Assembly (NCBI GenBank): GCA_964057225.1
Contig: OZ059900.1
Span: 9,610,001-9,674,000 of the forward strand
Source of the DNA: Auanema rhodensis
Taxonomy: Eukaryota; Animalia; Nematoda
DNA length: 64,000 nt
Direction of reading: 5' to 3'
Within the stretch, counting starts at the first letter, position 1; each line of letters opens with the position of its first letter. This document shows, piece by piece, positions 46,792-61,700 of this stretch. Position numbers and translations under genes: made by a program. The notes beneath the pieces are model-generated. The model did no database searches and had not been told where the DNA came from. It was given only the letters and a program-made list of their open reading frames with translations.

Positions 46792-49484
46792 ATATGAAGA
46801 AGGATAATACCATGTGAAGCTATCCTGTTTCTCTAGTTGTCTAATCATGTATTTCTCATTCTGTGATTTGTTTTTCATGTTTTTAGTTTTTCAATAAATT
46901 GATTTTCAACTAGTTATACAACTCTTTCATCAACAGTGGTTTCTATAAAAAAAATGAAAACGCATATGAGATTTCAAATAACTCAATCTATGTTTATTAA
47001 TTATAAATTATATGAAAGATAGTAGAGCATATCTGAAGTAATATGGATGCGGAACGTGTACGAGGTTTTTATTGTTTGAGTTATTACGTGAAATAAATAG
47101 TTAATTACCAATTTGACTAAATTGGAAACCCCTTTTTTATGAAAAATGCTTTTATTTCTTTAGAATAATAACTAAATGCCAAAATTACCAAAATAAGACC
47201 AGATCTTCTCAACAAATTCATAATTTTGTTGAATATCTACGATTATTTCCATTTATTATAGTCATGGTATGAATATAAACAATCAAAATTTGTAATATTA
47301 TCAAGCGATTATTGGTAAAAATAATTTATTCAATTCATAAACAACCTTTTGAATTATAAATTGAGCAGTTATGAAATTAGTATTTAATAATATTTACTAT
47401 TAAATATTATCAAAATTTCTAAGTATTTCAATGAAATTAAAATGTAATAATTTTTTTAGTTTTCTCAGTTTTAGGTATTTTTCCGATGAAATTATTCTAT
47501 AACTCTTTCCTGTTTTTTTTATTTTAAACTTTTTACTTTTGTTTTTTATCTAGAATATGTTCAGTTAGTGTTAACTATTTCAATTAAATGTATCAAGTTG
47601 TATAATTTATAATCAAATTCTTATTATTTAAAAACATTATTGACATGTTTATAATAGTGAATATTGCTAAATATTTTAATTAGCACCCAGAAATGAGGTT
47701 TATATACTATGTGTTGAACTCAATCTTGATACTTCTGAGATTACCTAAAATTTGAAAATTCTTCTTAAGATTTGATTCCAATAAAACAAACTGCTCAAAG
47801 TCAGACTAACTCAGCATCATAGATTCAAATAACTATATACAATTTTGCAAATAGCAATAGAAATGAAAATTTCATATAATATATCATGAATTTTACTGAT
47901 TGTATAAATAAAATAAAGGTAATAACAAGTAGAAACTTGCAAAAATTTCAGGCGCCAATTTTTATTTCAAAATCATATTATCTTTTGGCTCTTGTTTTTC
48001 TATTCAATTATCCTTAATCTATTGTACATTGTACGAATTACTCAGAAAAGGGTATATATTTCAAATAATTGTCAATTTTTCCGTGTTTTTTCACTTTTTG
48101 AAAACATTCTGACAACGATTTTAGCTTCATATGCTATTTATATAAAATTTTGTTTGTGTTAAAGAACATGCATTACCGAAGGCTACAACTTTTTTAAACA
48201 CATCTCTTTACGCTTTGGTGAAAATTTAGAAAACTGATTCACTCAATAAGCATTGATTTTATTGTTACGATTGTTCATCTACGATAAAGTCTTATCATGT
48301 TCATTTTCTATTTTAATACCCACATTTACTTGCTCTCCGTTGTGCACTTTATATATTTCTCGACTATACAGTCAATTCATTTCATTGATTGATAAAACTT
48401 TTTGATTTACTATCGCTTGACTAGATTTGTAATCAAACATCTCTTATCCCTATAACGCTTTTTTTTGTTAAAACATGAATACATGCAATTTTGTTTACAT
48501 CTCAGCCATTATAGCTAGTTTTCAAAACATTTCAATCATATCAACTGTTATAGACTCTCATTTTAAACTTTTTCTATCAGCATATCATCGCATTTATAGT
48601 TCCATTTCTAAAAAAAATGTAATTCTTCCAAATTAAATACGTAAAGTTAATGAAAACACAAAAACTCGAAAGAAATCATTCATTTCAGTTATAGTTGTAC
48701 ATTCAACTATGGTCTTTCACTGATTATGTCAACACTGCTCTCTCTTTTGACGAACAAACATATTCGGAAATAACTGGGTCTCCCTTTCTATTATTTGTCC
48801 ATGGTGAAAGCTCACAGTCCAACGTTTAATAGATAAGCCATTGTTATGTTTTCCTGATGACGCTGTCGTCACGTAACTATGAATATATTGATATTTTCGT
48901 GACTACGTGAAGGCGCTAGACCGCATGTTCTTTATTGATTTTTTAAAATTCCATTCCAAGAAGTTGGCTATTCTGCTACTTAGTTAATGCGTTGAAATAC
49001 TAAATATTAATTTTGCTTGTTAAAATATTAGCAAAACTTTTGGAAACTCTCTATTATAATATTTCCTAGCAATTTGCTCCATTCAATTATTTTCATACTC
49101 ATTTTCGTTTTCTGAATTTATTTTTAGATGTGACGCATGGCAATTTTTCGATTTTCTATTCATTCCGGTTTTTGTGAAATCCGAGATATTTTGTTTTCCT
49201 ATCTTTCTCATTCGCTGAGGTACTTTTTTTTGCCTTTTTTGGTTTTAAAAATGTTGTGACAGTTCTGTTCTGTCTTCTTTCAATGTTTGTTTTATCAGAT
49301 TTTTCACAATGTAACAGTATGTTTAATGTGATTAATGATATTGCTATCGTTCTCTGATAACTTTTACTATTATCTCTTGTAAACCATGTATAGCTTTCAG
49401 CAATGCCCGCTAGGCACATATATTTCTTTTACTTGCTACTTCATCACGTGTTCTAATTGAAACTTTGAGTGAGCATCCATATTT

Positions 49485-49645
49485 AGTTGGCGTCATCTTC
49501 TAGCTCCGCCTCATGCCACAAACTCCGCCCTCTTCCATCAGCTATGGCTTTCTGTTCATTCTGTCCGCCCATTATTCAGCTCATTCGCAAGTCCTTCAAC
49601 TCCCCATTCCCTTGTCCAGATACCTCCTTTTACTGCCCGCCAGAC
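49485..49645 (+). promoter_or_regulatory. GC-box cluster (CCGCCY x4), putative promoter of the miRNA cluster
   Basis: CTCCGCCT, CTCCGCCC, GTCCGCCC and GCCCGCC within 150 bp directly upstream of the first hairpin, in AT-rich DNA. Confidence 0.35.
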
Positions 49646-49690
49646 TTGTCCTATGATCTTATTCATCTTCGAAACAGGCATCTCTGTTTT

Positions 49691-49759
49691 ACCCTCACTG
49701 GTTCGGCAGTAGTCAACACATGTGTTAAAGTGATGACACTGGAGCGAGCCAGTGAGGGT
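49691..49759 (+). ncRNA. pre-miRNA hairpin, miR-63/64 family seed (3p GAUGACACUGGAGCGAGCCAGU)
   Basis: Fold-back CCCTCACTGG...CCAGTGAGGG. The 3p arm carries AUGACACUG..GCG as in C. elegans miR-63/64/65 (UAUGACACUGAAGCG...). Confidence 0.8.
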
Positions 49760-50071
49760 TTAATATGAGCTCTGCTATTGAAGACAATGGTCTAAAGCTT
49801 ATTTTGCTACTATAGTGAGAATTAGACCTTTTTAGCTATCCAATACTTGAAGCATGATAATTCGATATTCTGTTCTGGCTCTGTTGCTCATAATCTAGTT
49901 CTATGTGCCTGATCTGCAATGCATTTATTGAATAAGTTTCAATACTGCATTTTGTGTCAGATCCTATACACTATTGCTCATGCAACCACTGCTTTTTAAG
50001 TATTCAGCCTTAAAACATATTCTAAGATATATTTCATCACAAATCTGATTTAAATGGTTTTATTCTTTTCT

Positions 50072-50139
50072 TTCCGACTGGATCGGCAGCAGTCAGCACG
50101 CGTTGACGCCGTGATGACACTGGAGCGATCCAGTCGGAA
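50072..50139 (+). ncRNA. pre-miRNA hairpin, miR-63/64 family (3p GAUGACACUGGAGCGAUCCAGU)
   Basis: TTCCGACTGGATCG...CGATCCAGTCGGAA, with compensatory changes relative to hairpin 1. Confidence 0.8.
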
Positions 50140-50834
50140 CGACAAGATGCATTGTCTCATCTACACAATTTCCGACCAATGTCTGTTGTAGTATGCATAC
50201 GCTCACGCTCACACACACACTCTCCCATGCACATATATACAAACTGAAAGCTTATGCATACATATATTTGTATTCTAATTAAGCTGACAATTTAGCCCTT
50301 CATAAGATTTTATTTCAAGCCAGCAACAAATTGTAGTTCCGTAGCAACAAACATAGAGAAGAAAATCTTATATTGTACTCAACAAATAAAAATAATTTAA
50401 TATATCTAAATGCTGCTTAATGTAGCAGTTTCATATGTATATCTTTCAGAGCATGAAAGCTGTCTTTGGCGGCTTTAGCACATCTAAGTGCCTTCGTTAA
50501 GTAGAGATTCAGAGCTGTCATCTCTTATTTGATGCGACACATTAAGCTAAATGTTGCTTTTCATATTAACCAAATCAGTTGCTCGAGATAAATGCTTGAA
50601 AATGAAAATTGCATGACTTTTGAAAAGCGAGCTTTTGTCAATTATTCCTCTAGTCTTTCATTTGCTTAGTTAACATATGTGGATATATATTCGTAAATAA
50701 CCATCATATGCCATCAAGCAATAGCTGATTCAACAACATCGTGAGTTCCAACCTACGTAATGCATCTATTTCTTCAGCTATTGATAATCATTTCCTACAC
50801 ATACATCATCTTTCAATGACGAAGATTAATTTTT

Positions 50835-50930
50835 TCAAACTCAAATATTCCCCACTGGTACGACAGTAGTCAACACCATTACATAGCGTGATGACACTGA
50901 TGCGTACCAGTAGAGAATGACTGAGTTTGA
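50835..50930 (+). ncRNA. pre-miRNA hairpin, miR-63/64 family (3p GAUGACACUGAUGCGUACCAGU)
   Basis: ACTGGTACG...CGTACCAGT plus lower stem TCAAACTCA/TGAGTTTGA. Confidence 0.8.
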
Positions 50931-51184
50931 TGAGCAGAATAAATGATTCATTGTTTCACATATCAACATTCTTTGTTATTATTTTACAATTTTGTTTTTA
51001 TATTTTATTACATTAGCAATTGTGTAATCATTTGTTATAAATAAAACATTTAATCTGAAGTGAGAATATACAGGAAACACTGAAAACGATTGATTTATGA
51101 AAAGAATTTATTGAATTATACAAAATATTATACAAAATAACAAAGCCGAGACCATCTATATTTACAGATAACGATAATATTTTT

Positions 51185-54100
51185 TTAATGTAAGACGAGT
51201 TTTCTTGCTCTTCGTCGATTGAAACTTTCCATAAAATCGCGTAGTTCTTGCTTAACTCGTGGTTGAAGTTTCATTCTTTTATCGTCTGAAAGCTATGATT
51301 GTGTAGAAATTTCTGTTAGAATCTTTTCAAGTGGAAAGAAATAGCTATATTTGATCAGAATTCACTTAGAAAATTGTACAGCTAACATAACTTTAAATTT
51401 AATGATGTTAGTGGTTAGACAGAATTAGTTAGCCAAATCAAAGCTGAAGATTGTGAAGCAGCAAGATTAATCCGATATTAACTTCGTTATACACATAAAT
51501 CGGAGATGTGGATACATTAAAGCCGAAAAGGCGATAAGATGCATAGAAGCAGAAAGAAATAGGAAAGAGGATGAAAGAATAAATGGCCAAATTACCATGA
51601 AGAATTCGTTTTGGCAATAAGTAACAACTAGCTAATGCTATTGAAGAAAAGCTGCTGGCTCTGTTGTATAAGAAGATGAGAGAGTAGAGCAGTATTACAA
51701 AGAAAAAGAGGGAAAAAGAGAAAGAGAGAGTGAAAAAGTATGTGATGAGCTGTAGTGAGAGAGATGAAAGAAGACTCTTGTATTCGTACGACAACCCGGT
51801 AGTCAGTAGGTCAAGATGCATAAAATCGGACATCTGCCACTACAGCACTAATTGGGGATTCAACCTTAAGTGCTGCTGAAACCATGAGAATATGTCTCAT
51901 TTCCGTATAAGACATAGGATTATAAAGTATATAGCATCATCCGGTCACATCAACTATAAGATGTCAGCGTCATCTAAAAGGAATGGCAAAAATCTAAGTG
52001 CAATTCATAATGATATCTAAAGAAAATTAAATAAAATTTGAAGCGTAAAAGGATTTAAACCAGATGAAGATTAGGAATCTGTATTTAGAAGCTTTCAACT
52101 TTCAGAAAAATGGATATATTCGTTCCTTTCTTAATCTTTCCTTTCTTATTCTTTCATCATGAGTTCGGTTAGCATATATTGCAAATAGAATAATATAACG
52201 AAATCGATGCAATGTGAAGCATTCTCAAGCAAATTCTTTTTTAATTTCAGCTGCTGGCTTGATTATAGTTTTGAATTAAAATTCAGCTATCGGTATTGAT
52301 TTCATTAAAGAGGCTGTGTATATACTAGCTTCTGAATTAATGGAAATGTAGCTCAATTAACTTACGGCTAACACTGAGTTCATGCAATGCTCTTCGAGCT
52401 CCAGAGCTTAACTGAGACATTTCTTGTTCACGGGCTTTGAGAACTTTTCGACGCATTGTAGCCCATGTGTTGTATTCTTCCAGCTGTTTGGAATTCAGTA
52501 ACGAGACAGCTAGATGTTGAATCTGAAAAGCAACATGTGTGAGATTTCATTGATATAGATAGTATTAGCAATATATTGCATATAAAAGTAATAAAACAGC
52601 TTGAATAGAGTGGGAATACGCTGAATGCAAAAAGTTCCAAAAGATGAGAATGAAGAAGATAAAAGAAACATGAAATGAGGATTTTTCGGGACCGATATGA
52701 AAAGAGTTTTGGAGCCTACAATGGATTAATTTATGCTAAAACATTCTATAGTAACAATTATTTCGTGAAAGACAAAATTTGAATAAGACACAAAGGGAAT
52801 GAGAAAATGAATTCAAAGAATGAAAGACTTTGTTGTAATGAAAATCAGAATATGCTTCAAGGAAGGAACAAACGAAATTTCTCATCCGCTAAATCATTTT
52901 CATGTTTTTAAAAAAATTGGAAGTAGCTTTTCTTGGTTTTAATCAAAGAAACGAATGAATAGAATGTATTTCAGCTAGATTACAACAGTTATTATTTGAA
53001 TTAAATCTGAAAAAAGTAAAGAATATATGCTTAACTATGCCTTAAGAATTGTGTATTAGCATGATTACATATACATATTTACAAATCGGGCAACATTTAA
53101 ATTTTTTAAAATTTAAAACTTTTTTTTTTCGAAAATGCTTTGTAACTGACCTTTAATGTTCGAAGGCCTTCGCTAGGAATATCGTCATCCTTCCAAACTC
53201 GTTCAAATTCATTTTTAACATTATTACTGGCAGAACGTAAAAAGGGAGCATCAACACTGTTAAATTGCATGCTTGCTACATCATCAAGAGTCATCTGAAT
53301 TATACTTTGATCGCGTGTACTAGTTTCAATTGAAGTTTAATTTCCTTTTTTTAATAGTTCAATCAGATTTTTGTATATCCACATATCCAATCAATCACTA
53401 TTTTATATTGAATTCGAAGTAAAAATTTAAAATTTTCATAATTATTTTTCTTTTTTTTTCAAGTTTTTCATTTAGCTTTATTTTATGCTTATTTAATGTC
53501 GAAAGAGTAAAGGAAACAGCTAGTAATGGCTTGCCAAAAATAAAATGTAATCTTATTTTAGTTAATTGTACTTTGAACTCTGTTAGTTTTTTTCTCACAA
53601 TTTTTTTCTCGCCTAATCCATGTTGAGGAATTATTGCCAAATCTTATTCCTTAATTTTTCTAGCATCACGCCATGTCAAGCGTCTAATATAATATTTTGG
53701 CATTATATCAATTTACATATATAAGTTTTACACAGAAATTGTAAAAAAATGTAGCATTTTACTATGCTTTTTCCTGTTTTTTTAATCTTATTCATATTTC
53801 ATCATCAACAGATTATATAGAAATCTCGTTTAAAATCTATTGAGCCTATAATCTTGATGTACTCTTTTGAAAAGGAAATTTTCCAAATAATCAGTCTTAG
53901 ACATGATACTAATCGTTTAGAACTTTTTCACCAAAAGCAACTAGTTTATAGTTTATATACATAACTATTGATTAGATATATGTATATATTCTTTTATATT
54001 CGATGAAATGCTTGTTTAACTTGTTTTATATGTCTATAGTATTTCATCATATTTTCAACATATGAGCGTACAAGGAACAATATATTGCTGTGTCTCTTTT

Positions 54101-55798
54101 TGGTCTTTCACGCAATTTTTTTCAACAGAATTTTTTAAACTAACTGATTCAAGATCTCTATCGAATGCATCATCGGAAGTATGATGTGAAATTATTTTCT
54201 TATTCTCACTGCGATCTCGACTGCTATTTTCAATCGATCCTGAAATATGAAATAGGCATTTTCTTAATTTTTTAAATTTTTTCATTATCATTATAGCTAA
54301 ATAAACCTTTGATGAGTCTATTATTATTATTATTTATACTGTTAACTAACCCGAATTTCCAAATTCTTCTGCTAATATGTCGTTACTAGCAGCAATGATG
54401 TCAGCTTGTACTAGTAATTCTTTTTCACAATCGTCACTTGGTTTCCATGATCTCCTATAATAACTTTTCAATTATGAACTTTAGTGTTTTCTAATTTTAG
54501 TTTAATGAAAACCTTTAAAATCTATTCAAAAGCTACAATTTTTAATTTTCTTTGATACCTACCAAAGGTCATTCAGCTCTTCTTGTACATAATCTGGTAG
54601 TCGAGTCAAATTCTTAGGTGGACTACATAGTAGATTCTAAAAGAATTTCAGTTATTTTTCTTATCTTCAACAATAATATTACAATTTTTTGTGTGTTTAT
54701 TACTAAATAAATAGAAAAATTGACTTGACTGCAAATTTTCATGAATAATTCTGGGGATTTTCATTATTTTTTAATAATTTTAGAAATAAGTCATTTATTA
54801 GTCTTGTGTTCATGATAGATTTTTCATCAGATCAATCTCATTACATACATAACACTAGTTAAGTATACTACAAACAGTAGACAGAACTATATACATAGCT
54901 ATATATAAGTATATGTATAACTTTTCATAATAGAAGTCTATATTTATTTCATAGTCTGTTCTAGTTTTCTTTTTTTTTCAATCTTTTCCATTTGCGACAA
55001 TCTTCTTCATATTTCGCTCATACACCAATCATTTCTCTCACTATCTACCACACTCTATCTCTTATATTTCTTTCTTTTTCTTGCTAAATACCTCTTTTTC
55101 ATGCACCCCATCTCGTTTTCTATGTTCCTGTTTCCTTTTTATGCTTTCTATTAGCTATAAGATAAGAATAAGGAATAGTCGAGAACGATATAATATAATT
55201 AACTATATTATCTATTATGATTTTTTTGGAATAAAAAGGTAAAATTAACTGAAATTCAAAGTGACTTGTTTACTTGTAATACTTATGTATCACATTTTAC
55301 ATTTTTTGATCTATGAAGTGCTTGAGTGTCATAATCTCGAGTGTTACCACGGCATTGCACAAACTTTTTCTTGTTAATCAGATTTGATCAACAATCAATT
55401 CATGCTTTCCGCTCAGAATATTGAATGAAACTAAAATGTATTTACATTTCACATGATGCGTGTTAATTGGATGAAATAATGAATGAAAAGCTATGTATAT
55501 CCGTGCAGGTTGAAGATCACAATATTTCAAAAGCGCCGTAATTAGATGTATTCAATTTAGATTTTAATTAGATGTAGTATGTACGCAACATGTGAATAGA
55601 AGAAAAGAAATATGCAATTTCTTGCTATAACAAGCAAAATATTAATAATTGGTCTATTGCTGGTATTAAGTATTCAACAGTTTCAAAGATTAATGATATG
55701 GGTTTTCAATGAGTGCCAAGCTCTAAGTGATACACACTTACCGAAGCTGCAGTAGATTGTTGAACCAGTACACTGGCACAGAATATTAGCCAAAGCAT
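51185..55798 (-). CDS. 7-exon secreted nematode protein with a CxPP..LP..W..W...C module and an SXP/RAL-2 (DUF148)-like helical domain
   Basis: Exons ~55742-55798 (MLWLIFCASVLVQQSTAAS), 54563-54636 (NLLCSPPKNLTRLPDY), 54351-54454, 54145-54239, 53151-53294 (APFLRSASNNVKNEFERVW), 52366-52522, 51185-51285 (VKQELRDFMESFNRRRARKLVLH*). Phases are consistent; some junctions are uncertain. Confidence 0.75.
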
Positions 55799-58700
55799 AG
55801 TAGATTTGCAAAAATAATCAATCTAGATAGAATTATAAACTTGTAATCTTCAACTAATAAGAAGAAAATAATTGGAATAAGACGTAACGGTTGTCAAGAT
55901 GGAGGACGACTGCCGATGGTGATGCGTCAGACGAGATGTAATGCAGAAGTAATGCCTGAAGCAATTTTCTTACTGAGAGGCTGGGCTATATGTTTTGTTT
56001 GGCGGCTTAATCCCAAGGACGAAAACAGGTAGAGCGCCGGGGAGATCTAATTGAGGCGCAAAAGAGCGGAGGATGATGATGTTTATGAGGATGACGAAGA
56101 TGATGATGTTGATGAATCTGCGCGACGCACGAGTATCTGGATGAATGCCGATAGACCAGCGGGCAAGCTTAGAGTGGATCCAGGTTTGAGAATAGTATGC
56201 TGGCTAGAATATAAGGTTTGAAGAGATAGATAGAGTGAGGAATGTATAACATCTATTGTATAGAATTCATTCAAAAATCGGTTCTCTTTAACATAAACAG
56301 CTTGAAAGAGTAGGAGAGTAGAAGAGGAAGCAGTTGAACAAGTGGAGAAAAGAAATGAGGAAGTGGCTAGCTAACAAGTAGCAAGGGTATGACAGGATGG
56401 AACAGTTTCACATGTATTCATGAAAGCCGGATGCAAGCCGATGGAAGGACATGATCAAGTAGTTGAGTATGCCCCAAAAAGCTGGAAATAAATGTCTGCA
56501 ATAAGTGTAAACATTGTTTTTCGATGGCATCATATCAAGTATTACTAATTTCTGTTTCTCGCTTTTTTCGTCAATGTAGGTGATTTTTGAGTTGAAGGAT
56601 TCTTGCATGACCTTGGAATAGCTTTTGCTTGTACTGGCTCAATGCCGAAATTGAGAGATACGACCGACAAAGGTGGCACATAATCATTAGGTTCTCAAAC
56701 GACAGAATGAGGCAAAGAGAGAGAAAGAGAAGGAGAAGAAGTGAGAGACAGAATATGAGGTGAGAGAATCAGAGAAATGGACAAATGATCACACCAAAAA
56801 ATTCATTTTGAATATATACGCACAACGGTATTCATGTTGTCAATGTTACTTGAGTTCTCATGGGACAATCATCAGATTCCGTTTGACGTAGCTATTGTAA
56901 TGTGCTTGTTAAGATAAAAATACAAATTTATTCTTCAACAACACAGCATTTTGCTCAATAATACTATACTGATTCCATTCTTCTTTTCGAAATTATATTG
57001 TTGCAGTTTAATCATTTTTCTATAATCTTTACTATATTTTAACTTTATATGAATACCCTCTTCTTCGACAACCAATCGACCGTTTGTTATAGTTAGCGAT
57101 CGATTCGTTCACGAAGGAAAGGTTATCTCATCATAATTATCAGTTTTTGTTTATGAGAAAATACACTTTTACCAACTTTTTACTAACCTTGACTACTCTT
57201 ATTCGCTTCTTAACTATTCGTTTACTATTTTCTTTTCAATTTGTATGAGATGAATATAATACATGACCATATGGTTTTAGTTGAAAATAAGGCAATGGAG
57301 CTCCTTGAAACATTTTCGAAGAATTCTCTCTTTCAAGTTGCCAATTCAAGTAATGTATTCATCTCTTTAGTACTTCAAGTAGCCAATAATAATGTGCTCT
57401 GTCAGCTGCATATGACACTTCGTTCAAGACATAGTCTTCACCATTTTACGTAACGGACTATGTTTGCTTTTTTGTGCTTTCCGCTAACTTCTATACGATT
57501 TGAGTTAGGCTCCGATTTCTTTGACAGATTTAGCATGCGTCGCATAGCTACGTTTCTAATAATAGTGTCTAATCCAAATAATACAGCATATATCAAGTTT
57601 TTCCTTCGGTTTTGTATAAAAATCCGCGTTTGATTGTTATTTTCTGGTAAAAAAACTTGTTTGAAATTTTGAAAATCATGACTTCACTAGAAGGCCATTG
57701 CTTCCGCTTTTCTACTTGTCGTCATCTTTTGGCAGTGTATGTGCGCTTATGTGTATATGTTCGACCCTTCGTCGTCTAGTACGAAAGCATTTGCGAGGAA
57801 CTATGATTCAAGGACATACGTCATGCTGCCTTACCTTCTCACCTTGTTTCATTGAAGACCTTGTACCCTTCATTTGATTTCCTCTTTTCAGTCTCGCTCT
57901 TATCTAGCAGCGCTTCTTATATATTTCTCTCATTATCCCTGATGCTGTCATAACCTTTTCCTTGAAACATCGCCCTGTTCATCAAGTGAAACCTGGTTAA
58001 ACACTTTGTTGCATGGTCGACCTAAGAGATGAACGGAAACTTGATGAGGACATGAACTAGCTTTTTTTCATAATGGATGCTTACAAGCAGAAAAAATCTG
58101 TGATTATAAACAGCTTTGGTTCAGAATTGAAAGTACACGCTAAAGTCTTCTCTTAAATCGTAATACAACACTCAAAAACATTAAGTAAAAAGGGAAAAAT
58201 ATCTAATTAAACCGATCTTTCATGCTTGAAAAATTTTATATGGGAGATAGGTATGGGGGAATTGCATCATTGAAACTTTATAATTTCAATAAAACGAACA
58301 AACTTTTAGTATATTTTAACAAAAAACTTTATGGTGCCTATCAAAAAGTATCACTATAAACGTTGTGAACTATGAAATATTGATTCAATCTTATCACTCA
58401 ATGTTCAATAGAACTGTATGTTATCAACTCATCGATTTCCTGTGTAGCAAAATAATTTTTTTAATCGTAGAAGCTCTCAAGCATATTATTTGCTCCACAT
58501 TTCATGAAGGTATGAATTAATTAAAAATTATTATATAAATATTATAATAGGATTTCTTTAACTATATGTTATATAATGTAAAAATAGTAAAAATAAATAT
58601 AAATAAAAAGAATTACGCTTTATATAAGCTTTATATACATTAATAAAGTATTGTTTTGATGCTTTTTCAATTATCTCAAAATTTTCTTAATGTTTTTTCA

Positions 58701-61700
58701 ATTATCTTAAAATAGTTTCCAACAAAACGCATTTTCTGACAATTTTAGAGATAATTATTAACTTTTTAAGAGATAAATGTTAATATTAATTTCCCAATTC
58801 TGTGTTTGTATTGATAATTCTTTGTTTATTTTGTTTTATTTTTTATTAAAATGTTATTCATATTTGTTATTTGCATCATTAATACTCAAATTCAGCAATT
58901 AAAATTTATTTGCAAAGAATTTTCAATAAAACAGTTTACTTTACTTCAACTTAATCTTTTATGTTTGTATTTTCAAAAAAAAATTGCATTATATCTAGAT
59001 TAACCTTGCTTTCTTTTTTTCCAAATTGTCATTTCAATTGAACTTTTTTTCTTTTTATCGTTTGTGATTTTTCAATCAACATCCGCATATTTCATTACTT
59101 CCAATAGTATTGCATGATTTGCACTTAAAATATCATAAAATTTAAGAATATGTATATTTAACTTATTATAACTATGCCTAAACAAAACTAAGCAGTCCCT
59201 CTTTTATAAAATAAACCACATAATAATCAAATCGCATAGTTTATAATATGAGATGTATTCAATTTTATTGGTCACTGCACTTTTCAAAACCTCAAGTTAG
59301 CTTATCAGGACAGGACAATAATTACAGTCTTGAGGGACGTCAAAACTATGGACAAGAGCCATTTTCAGATGGGGTGGTCTAGATTGTGTGTGACCAAATG
59401 TCCTCGATCTGATCTTTATATCTCTTGAACTATATTGCTGTGACGGCTGCTGTCACCATCTACTTTGACGATTTCTACTTTTTTCCCCAAGCTTTCTCTC
59501 TATCGTCCGTCAACCCCATTATTAGACCGTTTTTCATTTAATTTATTAGCTATTCATTCTTCAGATTTTGAAAAGAAAATATTGAAAAATTTATAAAAGA
59601 TAATGTGGAGCAGGAGCAGTTCAATTTATTAAGTATTTCATGATTTTCGAGTTAAAACACTGTTTTGGGTGCTAAAATTAAGCTGATTATAGATGTCATT
59701 GAATTATTTTCAGAACTTTTTTGCTCGAAAATGAAATTCTTATCATCTTTAACACGTTAGAAATTATATTTTTATCTCAATTGCTCGCAACAGTAAATTA
59801 TATGCAACTCTATTTCGATTAGCCAATTAGCTGATTTTAGTTGATTCAGTTCGCAGAACATAATACTCAAAGTATATGAAATTATATATTTTAATATCGA
59901 TTTACAACTATTTTCATTATCAATCTTGTTAACAAGCTAGCCAAACTGAATATGAAAGCCGACTAACATATTTACAAAGCTGGTGATCATTATAATTGTG
60001 TTAAAAACATATTTTTTGCTTGTTTTTTGACTCAAATATATAATTATTTTAAATATTTGGTGGTATTGTTCTGAAATATCTAATATGGGTATATGTTTTT
60101 TAAAATGCTCCATATCCTCATAATTTTTTTGAATTATTTTATTCTCTAGAATCTTCTCACTCATTTAAAGATTTGCAGGTGATTCCTCGATTATTTCTTG
60201 CTTTTTCGCAAAACATATGATTCAATTTTCGCGATATCACGTCATCTCGTCTAAAAATGATTAACTGAAATATGCTCAGAAGCTATACTTCAATCTTGAT
60301 CACAATCTCGTTAACCATCATATTGAAGGCGTTTGAGTTCTTTTTTTGCCATTCACTCATTATATGGCATAATAGCATAAAAATATTGAAAGCATATCTA
60401 TACTATAACTCTTAAAAGGAAAAATATTTAACATGTTTGAATGTGCCGATTAGCATCCATTAGATGCTATCGCATTTTGATTTTTTGCTTCGTTTAACAT
60501 CTTCGGTTTTTCGTCCATTACATCGTTTTCCTCTTACATTGCTTTGCTTTCACTGCTTACACGTCATTGCATATATTATGAGTTAATCGTTGAAGTTTGC
60601 CCATATCATGCAAACGTCATACATCTAGCTCTATTGAGCACATTGCTTTTAATTTCATGTTATCTTGTTCTGTTTCTTTTTCATTTTTTCCTCAATCAAA
60701 AACTCAAGATGAAAGAGATTCAAATTCTGATTGTTTTACTCTCACTTGTAGATTTTGTACTTGATTTTTTCTTTATTTTTCTTTGCTATTTTTTCTTTAT
60801 TCAATCGGTCTCTTCTTTTTTCGTCGCTGTCTAACCATGCTTAGTTTTTTGAATTTGAGAAAAGTTTTCGTTCTCTCTAATTTCAAACAATATTTGTGAT
60901 CTCATTTTCATAGCAAACCTTAAAACATTTCTACCGACGATTTAATATGTTTCTCCGAATAACGCTCTCTTTCCATCTTAAACATAGATTATCTTGTCCT
61001 GTTTTATACAATTTCAGAATTAAACGTATAGATCCTCTTTTGAACTTGAGAGAATATAATACATAGAGTATGTATATATCAATTTGCCAATCTACTATGC
61101 GCCTATTTCCGTATATTGCACTTAAATATTCTCAAATCAAACCGTCAAATCTTTTATTTTACTTTCTTTTTGAAAGTCTTTTTTCATTTTTTCCTAATCT
61201 TTTTCATTCATTCTCCAGTTTTATGTCCAGCTGGGTAATTATTCTACATTCATCACTAGCGACAAGTTATAAAAAGAAAAAAACATTTTCTATCGCTTCT
61301 TCATAAGTGAGGTCAAACGAGAAAAAAAACTTGGAAGCTCTCACTGATCCTAAAACTTTTTGTTATCTTTATATTCAGCTATGATAATTCTCATTTATTT
61401 ACAAAGTTTCAAATATAGACAGTAAGATTATTCTTTCATTTCTTTAAGTACTGATATTTCATATTTTGCTTATTATATCAGATTTTAGAAGAAAACTACA
61501 AACTTACATTCATTATATATATAATCAATATTATGTTTTTCATTAATATATCAATATAATACCTTTTTTAAAGTATTCCCCCCCTACAACAGCAGAGTAC
61601 AATCACTACTTTGATGGGAATATATTTCATTTCTCTCTTTCTTGATATATTGATTCGAACAGAACGATTTCTTATGCTCACCTTGTCTATATATCGATCA

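Noticed and set aside
48400-48440. TGACTAGA (miR-279/44 seed) in a small hairpin
   Set aside because: The seed lies at the loop of a short stem; geometry does not fit a pre-miRNA.
49691-50930. Repeats read as C/D snoRNAs (TGATGA) or a CRISPR-like array
   Set aside because: TGATGA sits inside a long paired arm with no terminal C/D layout; spacing is irregular, and the context is eukaryotic with no cas genes.
51438-51833. 131-aa hydrophobic ORF
   Set aside because: Lies in the last intron of the 51185-55798 gene; CT-rich low complexity.
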